A stretch of 64,000 bases of DNA from Octopus sinensis (taxonomy: Eukaryota). Under the pieces are notes generated by a model that was not told where the DNA came from, did not search any database, and worked only from the letters and a program-made list of their open reading frames with translations. Made by a program: the position numbers and the translations under genes. The stretch spans positions 84,010,001 to 84,074,000 of the forward strand of contig NC_043001.1 in NCBI RefSeq assembly GCF_006345805.1, given 5' to 3'. Positions 25,130 to 36,908 of this stretch are shown here, piece after piece; within the stretch, counting starts at the first letter, position 1, and the number at the start of each line of letters is the position of its first letter.

Positions 25130-25945
25130 ATGAAGGAGTGAGGGAGGAATAGAAATACTGATGGTGATGGAGGAGGTGAAGCTGTTGTTGTTGTTGTGGT
25201 GGTTGTGGTGGTGATGGAAGCAGTGTTGCTGTGGTAGCCATGTGGCGGTGGTGGTGGTGGTGAAGATGGCGCTGTGAAGCTATTTTCGTAATGTACGTCA
25301 CTGCTATTGAATGGAAATATTGCATAGTTACAAGATGGCAGTGGGAGAGACAAGAGGATAGGGGGAAAGGGAGAGTTGGAGAGAGGGAGGGAAGGAGAGA
25401 TGTGAGGATAGAGAAGAGGGAGAAAAGAAGGATAAAAGAGAAAGGAGAGAGGTGCAGACAGAAACGGGAAGAGAGAGGGGAAGGAAGAGTGGGACAAAAA
25501 TGAAAGAGAAGGGGAGAAAGAGAGTGAGAAAAAGTGAGATATATATTTAGAAGAGGGGGAAGAAAGGGAAAAGGGAAGAGAACAAGAGAGAAGGAGAAGG
25601 GGGAAGGGAGTGAAGAATAGAGAGCGAGAGAGAAAGAAAGAAAGAGAGACGATGTAGAGGGAGAGAAGATGTGAAAGTGAGATAGAGACAAATGAGAGAG
25701 GGTAGAGAGAGAAAGAGAGGACAAAGGAAAGAGTGGAGAGAGAGAAAGACAAATAAGACAAGAAAGAGAAAGACAGAGAGACAAAATCCAGAGAGAAGAC
25801 ATGGAGAGTAGGAGAAAGTGAGAGAAGACAAAGAAGAGAAGGAGAAAACGAGAGAGAAACAGAAAAATAAAAATAGCGATTAAAGAGAGAAAAGACAAAG
25901 AGAATGATGAAGGAGAGAGAGAGAGAGAGAGAGGAGAAGGAGACA
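25130..25945. repeat. Trinucleotide mosaic followed by an about 600-bp purine-rich (GA) tract
   Basis: GGT/GTT runs at about 25145-25270; almost pure A/G at about 25345-25945. The long minus-strand ORFs here are compositional artefacts. Confidence 0.9.
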
Positions 25946-26425
25946 ATAAATATAGACAGTGGCTGTCAGGTGAGATTGAAACCAAATAAAGCTGATTCCA
26001 TTCAATATCATATAATTAGAAAGTGGTCCCACAGTTTAATGAGGTCTATGTCAAATCTATACACAAAAAACGAGACCCAATCTGTGGAAGGAGTCAAAGG
26101 AAAGGCTAAATCTTTGAATAGCTATGTCACAGTGGGAACTGCTGTATACTATGATCTTGATAAAAATGAAAGTTGTAACTGAATATTACGACACGGAGTC
26201 GTGGATTCATGTCTGGCAGGGTTGATATATTTTTGTTATTGAGTAGAGTTATTGTAGCGTTTTGCTTTGTTCATCCATATATCATCCTCATCGTCATCGT
26301 CATTAAGGTGCCCTTTCCATGCTTGCGTGGGTCGGACAGAGAACCTTTTCAGACACACACACATGAGTGTGTGTATCTATATAATCATATATATGAATGT
26401 GTATAGATATCTATATAATCATGTT

Positions 26426-26473
<48 letters not shown>

Positions 26474-26555
26474 AATATATCGCCATGTTGATTCGTTAGC
26501 TACTGCACGCATTTTTTTTCTCTCCTTCTTTCCGTGTTTTTTTTCTCTCTGTGTA

Positions 26556-26593
26556 TCTTTCTGTTGAAGAGCGTAGGCTCGAAACGTTAAAGA
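26556..26593 (+). ncRNA. Minimal hammerhead-like motif (variant core CTGTTGA) in a PLE-type repeat at about 26485-26692
   Basis: TCTTT-CTGTTGA-A-GAGC-GTAG-GCTC-GAAAC-GT-T-AAAGA; downstream TTTCCTGAGCG is shared with the 9.4-kb element. Confidence 0.55.
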
Positions 26594-26690
26594 CTTGTTT
26601 TATTTATATTTCCTGAGCGCCATACTAATACAATTGTTCGTTTGTTTTCCACCTGCCATCGTCTTTTGTCTATTTTCATAAAGCTTCCCG

Positions 26691-26776
<86 letters not shown>

Positions 26777-26922
26777 CTTATACGTATATGGTGATATAGC
26801 GTAGGCTTGAAACCTCAAAGATCACAAGCATCAAACATATATATACATACATACACACACACATATATATATAAATATGTAAGTATATATATATATAGCG
26901 ACGCCCGTACCCTTTTTGGTCT

Positions 26923-26957
<35 letters not shown>

Positions 26958-26989
26958 ATATATACATGTATGTGTATATATGTATATAT

Positions 26990-27020
<31 letters not shown>

Positions 27021-27514
27021 ATATATATATATATCAGATTCAGCAAACAAATTATTTGCTGATGCGTGCCGATGTCTGGCCAATCGATAATAAATCACCA
27101 TGTGTACGGTGAACAGCGAAAATCAAAACATTCTTGATACGTTCCAAGGGATTCGAACGTGAACGCATGCTAATGGCCGTTGTATTTCGTCTTTGGGGAA
27201 TAACTTTCCTCTTTCAGACGAATCTTCGCTCAGAACACACTCGAGACTTCGTCTTTGAGTAATTACACGTTGCTCTAGTCTACTCTGCCGGAAATGGGTA
27301 CCATCCGAACACTGATGCAACTCTCTCTCCCTCCAGCTCTCCCATTTTGGATGTGCCGCTGGTTCAAAGGGTGAGAGAGTCGATAAGGTGTCTTTGTTTG
27401 CTCGCGTCTACACAGGTACCTTAAACAATTAGATTCTGAGTGACGGCTGGCTGTTAAATAACCATCCTATCTACTTTGGTAAAATTTCTTTTGGAAAGTT
27501 TTCTAACAAGGAAT

Positions 27515-27690
27515 AGGCGTAGGAGTGGCTGTGTGGTAAGTAGCTTGCTAACCAACCACATGGTTCCGGGTTCAGTCCCACTGCGTGGCATATTGGGCAA
27601 GCATCTTCTACTATAGCCTCGGGTCGACCAAAGCCTTATGAGTGGATTTGATAGGTGGAAACTGAAAGAAGCAAGCCCGTCGTATATAGG

Positions 27691-27725
<35 letters not shown>

Positions 27726-27815
27726 ATGTATGTGTGTGTGTGTGTTGTGTGTGTGTGTGTGTGTGTTTGTATGTCTGTGTTTGTCCCCCCAACATCGCTT
27801 GACAACCGATGGTGG
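27515..27815 (+). mobile_element. SINE family A, 3'-truncated
   Basis: Head AGGCGTAGGAGTGG through GACAACCGATGGTGG. Confidence 0.88.
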
Positions 27816-29509
27816 CAACACACACTCTAGCTATGCTAGTGTATGTATATACATTTCTGCCCTTTAACTGCCATCTATGAGATTTTTTTTTGTTGGCCAG
27901 GAGCATTTTGTTGATGATAAGGCACTCATTTAAGAAGTTTTATTGTATTTTTTTTTTTATGTATTCGGAGGTCTGCTTCGATAAACATAACAGTAGACAA
28001 TTTTTTTCTTGTTTTTTCATTATGAGGTTATCACCGAAAACTTGTTCCGGGTGAACAATTCTTCATGGAATTGAGAAAACATAAAACTCTCACCTTCTCC
28101 AGGTTTATAAAACAGACTTCAAAATTAGTGAATAGCTTATCTGCTTTACCATTATTAGTATTGGTAATTGCTACTATAATGCCATGCTTTTCACTCATAT
28201 CTGTATGCTTAAGGTTACAGGCCTTAAGTGCACCGCAGTCACTTGTTAGTGGTTGCATAAACAGGCATTTATTAAACTCGGTTTTGATTATTTATCATAA
28301 AACCTTATTGCAGAAAAGTCATATCTATCCTTTAAGTACTTAATAACTCTTTCTCACGAAACAATGGAGTTTGGTTTACTTTTCGTTGACATATTAATGG
28401 CAAGCTGGTTAAGCTCACAGCAAAACTATATAAAATGAAAACAAAACAAAGAAAAGTAGTTCTTTTATTATTCTTTCAGGCACGATTTGCTTTTCAATTA
28501 AGCCGTTATTTCTATACTGAAATTATACTGAATGGCTTGGCTTAGTGTCTCAGAAAACTTTAAAAGCATGATTAAGGAAGAAGAAAAGGATCTCTGGCGA
28601 TTCAAAAACAATTCCTCTATTTTCAAAGCACTTCCTCTGTACCTTGAAACACTCCTTAACTTTTACGATTTCCCAGCTTTTGTCTATTCTGTTAAAAAAT
28701 AACAACAGAGAAAATGAGAATGAAAGCGAGAGAGAGAGAAAGAGAGAGTAAGAGAAAGGGAGAGCGAGATACAGAGACAATGAGAGATAGAGCGAATGAG
28801 AGAGAGAGATGCAGTTTTAAAGGATTCCACTTAACAGCCACTAAAATAACTGTGATGTCCTCTTAGCTGAGATGATATAAATGTTGTACACTATAAAATA
28901 CGTTTTCAACATCAGATACCAGTTTGCCCGGGGGAAATCTAATCGCATTATGAAAAAACAGTGTAGGTAATTTACAGAAACAATGTTATTCTGGGGCATT
29001 TTCGGTTTTTCACCAGCGTTTATTATAGTTTACACTTGCATTGTCAGCAATGCGTGCAGACACTTTATATAGATCCAGCTTTGACGTCCCTAGTTTAGAT
29101 TTGGAATACTCTTTGATGATTTGCTGTCATCACTGTATAAGTTGTGTAACAGGTATGGTTGTGTACATAAAATGCTCGCATTGCAACCAAGTGCACGGCA
29201 CTTTTACTGTTTATATAAGTTAAATGAAGAAAGCCAAGTACGAGTTTGTGTCACAATTTATGTCTCTCCCTTCCTATACATCGTTTATCCAGCAAGTATT
29301 TCGGCATAAAATGTCATACATTATTTACATTCGACAAATATTTGTCTTCATCCTGTTTGTTGTTAAACGTTTCGACTGATATACCCTCCAACCTTCTTCA
29401 GGTGTCTTGGGGGAAATTTCGAACCTGGGTTCTCATTCCTAAGGTATTTTTCGATGTTATTATTATTATTATTATTATTATTGTTGTTGTTGTTGTTGTT
29501 GTTGTTAGT

Positions 29510-29587
29510 GTTCAGGTCACTGCTTGGAATCGAACTCGGAATCTTGGGATTAGTAGCCCGCGCTCTTAACCACTACGCCATATGCCC
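29510..29587 (-). other. tRNA-like Pol III head (not a functional tRNA)
   Basis: GGGCATATGGCGTAGTGGTTAAGAGCGCGGGCTACTAATCCCAAGATTCCGAGTTCGATTCC: A box, B box and a CT-ACT-AA loop; no convincing acceptor stem or CCA end. Confidence 0.75.
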
Positions 29588-29628
29588 AGGGGCATATGGC
29601 GTAGTGGTTACTAACAACAACAACAATC

Positions 29629-29673
<45 letters not shown>

Positions 29674-29721
29674 TCGAAAAATACCTTAGGAATGAGAAGC
29701 CAGGTTCGAAATTTCCCCCAA

Positions 29722-29767
29722 GACACCTGAAGAAGGCTGGTGGGTATATCAGCTGAAATGTTGTGTT
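29722..29767 (+). ncRNA. Minimal type-I hammerhead ribozyme motif
   Basis: GACAC-CTGAAGA-A-GGCTG-loop-CAGCT-GAAA-TG-T-T-GTGTT. Stems I and II pair; the helix-III palindrome is ATGT, versus ACGT in the mirror copy at 29361-29406. Confidence 0.65.
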
Positions 29768-30107
29768 AACAACAAACAAGATGAGGACAAATATCTGTCG
29801 AATTCCTCATTTTTTTAAATATAGAACTATAAAAAGTCATATTCTTAGCTTGAAATGTTCCGCGACTTTAGGTATTTTTCGGGCTTCCCTCCATTGTGCA
29901 AGTTGGTGCGTAATCACCATAGATTCTTCGTCAGGTGAATTTTTGCGAAAAGGAAAACCTTGAACAAACTTTTGTATATTTAGTATTTGTAGAATATAAC
30001 TTTCTTTCTCAATGTAAATCGAGAATTTCGACGATGTTCTCTGTTTCTTTTACATTTATTTCATTAGCCGTGTATAAAATCAAAATATAAAAATGTTCCA
30101 TGGAAAA

Positions 30108-30579
30108 AGGTATGGAGTGGCTGTGTGGTAAGTAGCTTGCTTACGAACCACATGGTTCCAGGTTCAGTCCCACTGCGTGGCACCTTGGGCAAGTGTTTTC
30201 TACTATAGCCTCGAGCCGACCAAAGCTTTGTGAGTGGATTTAGTAGACAGAAACTGAAAGAAGCCTGCCATGTACATGTATATATATATGTATGCGTGTG
30301 TGTGTGTGTATGTTGGTTTGTCTGTTTGTCCCCCCCCCCAACATCGCTTGACAACCGATGCTGGTATGTTTACGTCTCCGTAACTTAGCGGTTCGGCAAA
30401 AGTGACCGATAGAATAAGTACTAGGCTTATAAAGAATAAGTCCTGGGGTCGATTTGCTCGACTAAAAGCGGCGCATAAGTACTAGGCTTACTAAGGATAA
30501 GTCCTGGGGTCGATTTGCTCGACTAAAGGCGGCGCTCCAGCATGGCCATACTCACATGACTGAAACAAGTAAAAGAGTA
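30108..30579 (+). mobile_element. SINE family A with a duplicated tail segment
   Basis: AAGTACTAGGCTT...GGGGTCGATTTGCTCGACTAAA occurs twice in tandem. Confidence 0.88.
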
Positions 30580-30779
30580 TACACAATTTACAAAGGCGAT
30601 AATAAAAAGTTCTTGGGAATGGAATGAAGTAGTTCATTATTGAGAATGTACTATTCAGGCTAGTGAGGCCATTGCGAAGGAATATAGTAAAACCTATTAT
30701 CCTTTTCATGACAGCCTCTAAAAAGAACACTTAGAGCAGTAATTTAAAAAAAAAAATTATTTACAAATTTTAAAATATG

Positions 30780-31330
30780 CTTTTGATATTACTAAAAATG
30801 GTAAGGTTTTACTACAAACAGTTTTGTTGATTACCCAACAGCATCTTTTTCATATATATATTTTTTACATCTTTTGAGCCTAGGAGAGTTGCATCTTTGC
30901 ACGCAAAATAATTCCAGGCAATTGGTCCACGATAGGGGTAGCTGAATTTTTCAAATTTTGTTATCGTATAACAACTACATCTGAATGTTGCCCGAGAGTA
31001 CTTCGTCAGATATTTGAAAATATTCTTTATATATTTTCCTGAACACATTTTCGTGTAGAATAGTGATAAACTTTGAACATTAGACTCAAAGTGAGCAACC
31101 AAACTTATTTCATAAATGTTTACTGTTTTATTATCAAGCATTAAAGTCTGAGAATGAGCTTTTTTGGGAGCCTTTGTTATAATCCAGACTGCATGTTTTG
31201 TAAAGTGTACAACGGCTCTGATGTAATGGCAACAGTAGTAATTTTGCTTTTTTTCTTTGTCTATTGAAGTTATTCATATTGTAATCTCTCACATGCACTA
31301 TGTAAATTGATAATGCTGTACTGTGTCTTT
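30780..31330 (-). mobile_element. Decayed CR1/L2-group LINE ORF2 C-terminus
   Basis: KHAVWIITKAPKKAHSQTLMLDNKTVNIYEI...KFSYPYRGPIAWN resembles the recalled QKRAVRII..AH..PLF..L.ILNIY...KFSI.YRGP..WN; includes track ORF 30812-31141. Confidence 0.7.
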
Positions 31331-31611
31331 CATCTGTATGTTAGGCGGACGTAGTATTAACTAATCTATACAGCAATTCAGCTACAAGTTCACATTCTAC
31401 TTAACAAACACCCTGAACATAAGATCAGCATTAATTTCTTAATGCCACCATGAAAATAAATTAATTCTCTCAAAAGTCAACAGAACAAACGAGCCAGACA
31501 AAACAAATCCTAACAACAGATAAACCAAAAGCCTGTATACCATTATCTCGTAAGCAAGGCCAGCCTTGGAGCATGTGTGAGGGTATAGACATTCGTGTGC
31601 ATATATATGCA

Positions 31612-31824
31612 TACTCTTTTACTTGTTTCAGTCATTTGACTGCGGCCATGCTGGAGCACCGCCTTTAGTCGAGCAAATCGACCCCGGGACTTATTCGACC
31701 CCAGTACTTATTCTATCGGTTTCTTTTGCCGAACCGCTAAGTGACGGGGACGTAAACACACCAGCATCGGTTGTCAAGCAATGCTAGGGGGACAAACACA
31801 GACACACAAACACACACACACACA

Positions 31825-31873
<49 letters not shown>

Positions 31874-32042
31874 CATATATACGACAGGCTTCTTTCAGTT
31901 TCCGTCTACCAAATCCACTCACAAGGCATTGGTCGGCCCGGGGTTATAGCAGAAGACACTTGCCCAAGATGTCACGCAGTGGGACTGAACCCGGAACCAT
32001 ATGGTTGGTTAGCAAGCTACTTACCACATAGCCACTCCTGCG
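31612..32042 (-). mobile_element. SINE family A, full length, young subfamily
   Basis: Diagnostic GCAATGCTAGGGG, AAGGCATTGG, TATAGCAGAAG. Confidence 0.92.
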
Positions 32043-32069
32043 TTTAATAGGATCTAGCATGGCAATTTA

Positions 32070-32900
32070 ACTTGCTTTCAAAATAGGCTAATATATTACA
32101 ATGGATATCAAACGTCATACTGTTAATTGTTTAGATGTTAAATTTAGATAATTAAATTTAGCTCTAACTATATGCCTATAGAAAAGCTATTCTGTTTACC
32201 CACAAAATATTTTACGCAATTTAATTCTAAACGTTAGTAAGGGTATATCATTATCATCAGATGAATCTTCGTTTATCAGTGTCTCTCATTATTATAACAC
32301 AGCATTCATAAACAGTGGATTCTCAGAGACACTGCAAGACGTACATAAATTCAGTGTTAAAATAGACAAAGGAATATTTTGTGGTATAATCTGGAATATA
32401 GTTTTAGAATGAGAACAAACATAACTAAATGGTTTCTTAATTTAATTTACCTTCATTTTACAGTAAACCACAAAATTTTTAACGGAAATTCAATTAAGGT
32501 TAATTATGTGTCCAGTAAAAACATTGCAAGTTACATTGCCGATTATAATGCTAACCTTCGTTCAAATACAAATAACTTGCTTTCTGACTCTATATGCAGT
32601 TGTATTGATCAAAATAGTTATGCCCAGTGGATGGTAATGATTGGCAAAAAAATTTGTATGCTGTGCCAATGTACACCTAGACAACAAGTCTAGGTCAATG
32701 TCCGGTTGTGAATTAACTACCAATAATATCGATGCTCATCTTTACCAACACAAAAATTCTTTTAGTTAATCGGGCAAAAAACGTATGACACCTCCATCGA
32801 AGCATATTGGATTCCTGAGAGAAAAACAGAGTAAAAGACTAGATATGTTCGGTATAAGTTGATCAGTGCTAGATTTTTAACAATCATACCGGTACGAAGG
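32070..32900 (+). mobile_element. Decayed Penelope-like element: RT thumb, linker and GIY-YIG start
   Basis: ITMDIKRHTVNCLDVKF; SSDESSFISVSHYYNTAFINSGF; ILWYNLEYS...TNITKWFLNLI...HKIFNGNSIKVNY; CSC..CPVDGN; HIG..KTRY. These match the recalled PLE motifs VNFLDV, IIWFNPPYS, HKIFNRN, CNC..CPLDG and YIG..FKTRY. Confidence 0.8.
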
Positions 32901-33826
32901 TTTTCGGTTACAACCAAGATAATGAAGTTGGTGTGTTTAAGCCCCTGTAACTTAGCGGTTCAGCAAAAAAGAAAATTGATAGATTAAGTACCAGGTTTAG
33001 AAAATAAGTCCTGGGGTTGACTTGTTCGACAAAAACACTCCAGAGCGGTGCTCCAGCATGGCCGCAGTCAAATGACTGAAACGAGTAAAAAGATAAAAAA
33101 AGAAAAGAAATATATACATACATACATACACACACACATACATACATACATACATACATACATACATACATACATACATGCATGCATGCATGCATACATA
33201 CATACATACATACATACATACATACATACATACATGCATACAAATTGTGTTTTATTTTGGAAAAAATTTTAAAAGGTTTGAACTTTCTATGGAAGGCAAT
33301 GGGATTATTATTTAATGGACTTAAAGATGGATAGCAATTTAGCATATAATTTAGTTATTGCAGTTTATTATTAATACCGATACAATGTACATTGGTTTAA
33401 ATGTCTCTTGTTGTAGCTTTAGTAAGGTTAGTGTTTAATCCTGCGTATATATTGATTTATTGGAATAATGCGGTCATTAAGCTTTACTTTTATAATACAC
33501 TACGGAAGACGGTAGGGATTATAATTTTTTATGACTTAATAGAGTTGTCGCTATTTAGTTACATATTTAGGAAGGGTTGTAATTTACTAATAGAATGTAT
33601 TTATCGATACGGTTTACATTGGGTAAATGTGTTTGAAAGTTGTGGTTTCTTTGGTTTGTTTGTTTGTTCCCAAACAACACTTATTTTTAGTGCTGTTGAC
33701 ACCGCCAGATTCAATGGTATTGCCCAGGTGTCGAAACCATAATGATATCCGTGGGGTAGCTGACGATGGAGGTATGTTGGATTGTTGGTATGGTTGTGCA
33801 ATCCTTTTGATATGTGTATATATACA

Positions 33827-33890
<64 letters not shown>

Positions 33891-34173
33891 CACACTATCT
33901 TAAAAGCCGCCCTATCGGGCGGCTTTTAAGCTAGCGCCTATGGAGGGCTCCTCATTGGGACTTGGGTCCAACAATGACACTTCATGAACTGAGTACATAT
34001 TAAATTTTATTAAACTTGACCAATATTTTTGAAGTAATGAATAATTTTATGCAAAACAATGGTATAATTTGTCGACTTGGAACTTATTGCTAAACTGCAT
34101 GATAAGCAACATTTCTGGCCTTCCCATTCGGGCGTTAGTACAATTTTTTTCCTGTCTAACCTCTTTCTCTCTC

Positions 34174-34230
<57 letters not shown>

Positions 34231-34590
34231 GTTGATTGTTTTCAACCATCACCATCACCATCACAAGTACCACCACCATCGCCACCACAACTGCCATACA
34301 CACCATTCAAACATCTGATGTCACTACCATCAATACCTTTGATTTCGCCGCCTTCCCGCTGCCACCATCAACACTACTACTTTTAATAAAACATCATCAG
34401 CTCTCACTAAATTTCAATGTCTCTCTTTCTCTCCCTATTTTTCCTTTCTCTCTCTCTCTGGCACCGCCCTCATCATCTCTGCCTGCTATTATTCTCACTC
34501 CACCATGAGGAATAGTAGGAGTGTCATTGAATAGTGAGAGAGGGGGTCTAAGTGTGACACACTGACACACAGAATTAGTTTTCGCATTTG

Positions 34591-34659
<69 letters not shown>

Positions 34660-34664
34660 TTTAT

Positions 34665-34952
34665 TTCTATTATTTATTTATTATGTGTTCGGTTTTATTT
34701 ATATTGTAACCAGTTTATGGGGATCCTCTACCGTCATATGTTGTGGTGGGTGCTAGTGTTCCATTCCAGTTTCCTATTCAGGCTAGGTTTATCTTCTATT
34801 ATGTGTGTAGCTTCTGTAATTTGTCTGATTGTTGCATCTGTTCTATGTGTGGACAAGATTTTAACTTCTATGTTGTTGATTGATCCCCCGTTCGGCGTGT
34901 TGGTACAGAATCGATGAGCTTTAACCTTCCTTAAGTTCTCTCCAATGTTCAT
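34665..34952 (-). mobile_element. Penelope-like GIY-YIG C-terminal fragment between (TA)n tracts
   Basis: Track ORF contains EVKILSTHRTDATIRQITEATHIIEDKPSLNRKLEW, like the PLE endonuclease end (KIL...R.I.EA..I...P.LN). Confidence 0.7.
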
Positions 34953-34991
34953 TTACCCGCTTTCCTATGCTTAGGAACAAATATATATATA

Positions 34992-35022
<31 letters not shown>

Positions 35023-35023
35023 G

Positions 35024-35063
<40 letters not shown>

Positions 35064-35514
35064 GTAAATGTATACATATATACATATACAAAGTTTACTG
35101 TTTTAACAAACGTTTGAGCATGACGTAGGTTAGACGAATGACAGATCTGGTTTAATATTGCAGGTGACAATATACGTAACTATACATGCACATGGTAGAA
35201 GAGTACGCCTACACATTAAATATTCATGTACAACTCACGCTCGCACACACGCACACGCGTGCGCGCACACATACACACACACACATACACATATAAACCA
35301 TTGAAAAGAAGAAGACAAAGAAAATTCTTTAATACATCTTTTCATTGGATTATTTACTCTTCGCCAAACCATATGAAGGTATACTGGTCGTGAAACTCGG
35401 GTTTTCTACACCTGAAGCATTCAGGCCTTCGTTTGGTTCCCGACAAAGTATTTGGGTTGAGTGCTTCTCTGGAAATACCCAACTCCACACCCAACTGACC
35501 ATAGCCATTTGCTA

Positions 35515-35577
<63 letters not shown>

Positions 35578-35704
35578 ATATATACAATCAAAGCAATTAA
35601 GATTCAAGTAACTTCCAATGAATTTACTTGAATGTGGTACTTAACTTAGATGCACCAGAAAAACTATATGGTGTTATCCATACAGTAATGTGGGGTGATT
35701 ATAA

Positions 35705-36025
35705 ACGAGAAAGAAGCAACAAGAATGGATTGGTTTTTAGTACAATTGTTTCATACAAAGACAGGCTTTATTACAAGTTGCAAAAATTGCAGCAGATAAA
35801 AGTGTCCCGTACTCATCAGCTAAAATACATTTGAGTTCTCTAGACATCTTAGTGGGTGAGGTTATACTCATGAGATATTGGAGATAGTTCCATTAGAGGC
35901 AGATATAGGCAGATATAGGCAGATACACTTTTATCTGCTGCAATTTTTGCAACTTGTAATAAAGCCTGTCTTTGTATGAAACAATTGTACTAAAAACCAA
36001 TCCATTCTTGTTGCTTCTTTCTCGT
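35705..36025. repeat. Perfect 101-bp inverted repeat with a 119-bp spacer
   Basis: 35705-35805 is the exact reverse complement of 35925-36025; the right arm abuts (TA)n. Confidence 0.93.
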
Positions 36026-36293
36026 ATATATATATATATATATATATATATACCCCACACACATATATATATATATATATATACAAATATATGAGTAGTT
36101 GAATGAATTATCTTATTAAGGATAATTCGAAAGATAACCGATACCTGGGTAGCAAATTCACATCAGAAAGAACACGGTTGAAGCTACGTCCCTAGGGCAT
36201 AGACTACGTGTCTTCGTGCGGAAATTTGTATGTTTATTTTAGCGGTCAGCTAAAAGTTTTTTGTGCATTTTGATGTCGACATAAGTTCCTTGA

Positions 36294-36376
36294 TTTTCCT
36301 GAAGAGAAATCTGCATAATGTACTCCTTATTCCTTCGGAATTAGGAATATGCAGCCTTCGAAACATATGTCGATAA
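36294..36376 (+). ncRNA. Type-I hammerhead-like motif with extended stem II
   Basis: TTTTC-CTGAAGA-GAA..TGCATA....TATGCA..TTC-GAAAC-ATAT-GTC-GATAA: canonical core, palindromic ACATATGT, GUC triplet; stem I pairs at 4 of 5 positions. Confidence 0.55.
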
Positions 36377-36451
36377 TAAAGGATATTTGTTAACTAATCG
36401 TTCAACTCCATTCTTTCATATACTTATAATTTTAAAATATATACAAATATA

Positions 36452-36845
36452 TATATATGTTATTCAAAGGAATTCCAACTCTGTCTGTTTTTTATGTTTT
36501 ATTTAAATTCTTTATAATATTAATGTAGAATATAGAATATATAGTATAAATAGTATATATAGTAAAATGAAATGAAGTATTGATTGTCTTATTGAATAGA
36601 TGAAATATTGAATATTGAATATTAAGGGACTAGTATACTTTCTTGCATTAAATCAGTCTTCAAGGTCCCAGGTTGTGAGAGGAGTCTATATTCAATATTT
36701 CATCTATTCAATAAGACAATCAATACTTCATTTCATTTTACTATATATACTATTTATACTATATATTCTATATTCTACATTAATATTATAAAGAATATAA
36801 ATAAAACATAAAAACAGAGTTGGAATTTCTTTGAATAATATATAT
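36452..36845. repeat. Inverted repeat, about 160-bp arms, about 70-bp spacer
   Basis: TTATTCAAAGGAATTCCAACTCTG... vs ...CAGAGTTGGAATTTCTTTGAATAA. Confidence 0.9.
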
Positions 36846-36874
36846 CCCTCTATATACAATCATACAAACCCACC

Positions 36875-36908
<34 letters not shown>

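Larger units (their letters stand above)
29329..29803. mobile_element. Head-to-head pair of a tRNA-headed, (AAC/AAT)n-linked, hammerhead-bearing non-autonomous retroelement
   Basis: Minus copy 29587->29329 is complete. Plus copy 29590->29803 lacks about 58 nt of the tRNA part. The outer arms are reverse complements of each other. Confidence 0.8.

Noticed and set aside
25069-25985. 230-aa and 290-aa minus-strand ORFs
   Set aside because: Translations of a CT-rich strand that avoids stop codons by composition; no domain structure.
29510-29587. tRNA-Ser-like gene
   Set aside because: No proper acceptor stem or Ser-type variable arm, and it is fused to a repeat; treated as a SINE-type head.
29860-29945. 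Minus-strand CTGACGA...CCCGAAA hammerhead candidate
   Set aside because: The base of stem II is mismatched and there is no NUH/helix III.
33899-33930. Bacterial intrinsic terminator or contamination
   Set aside because: No bacterial gene context; it is embedded among host microsatellites.
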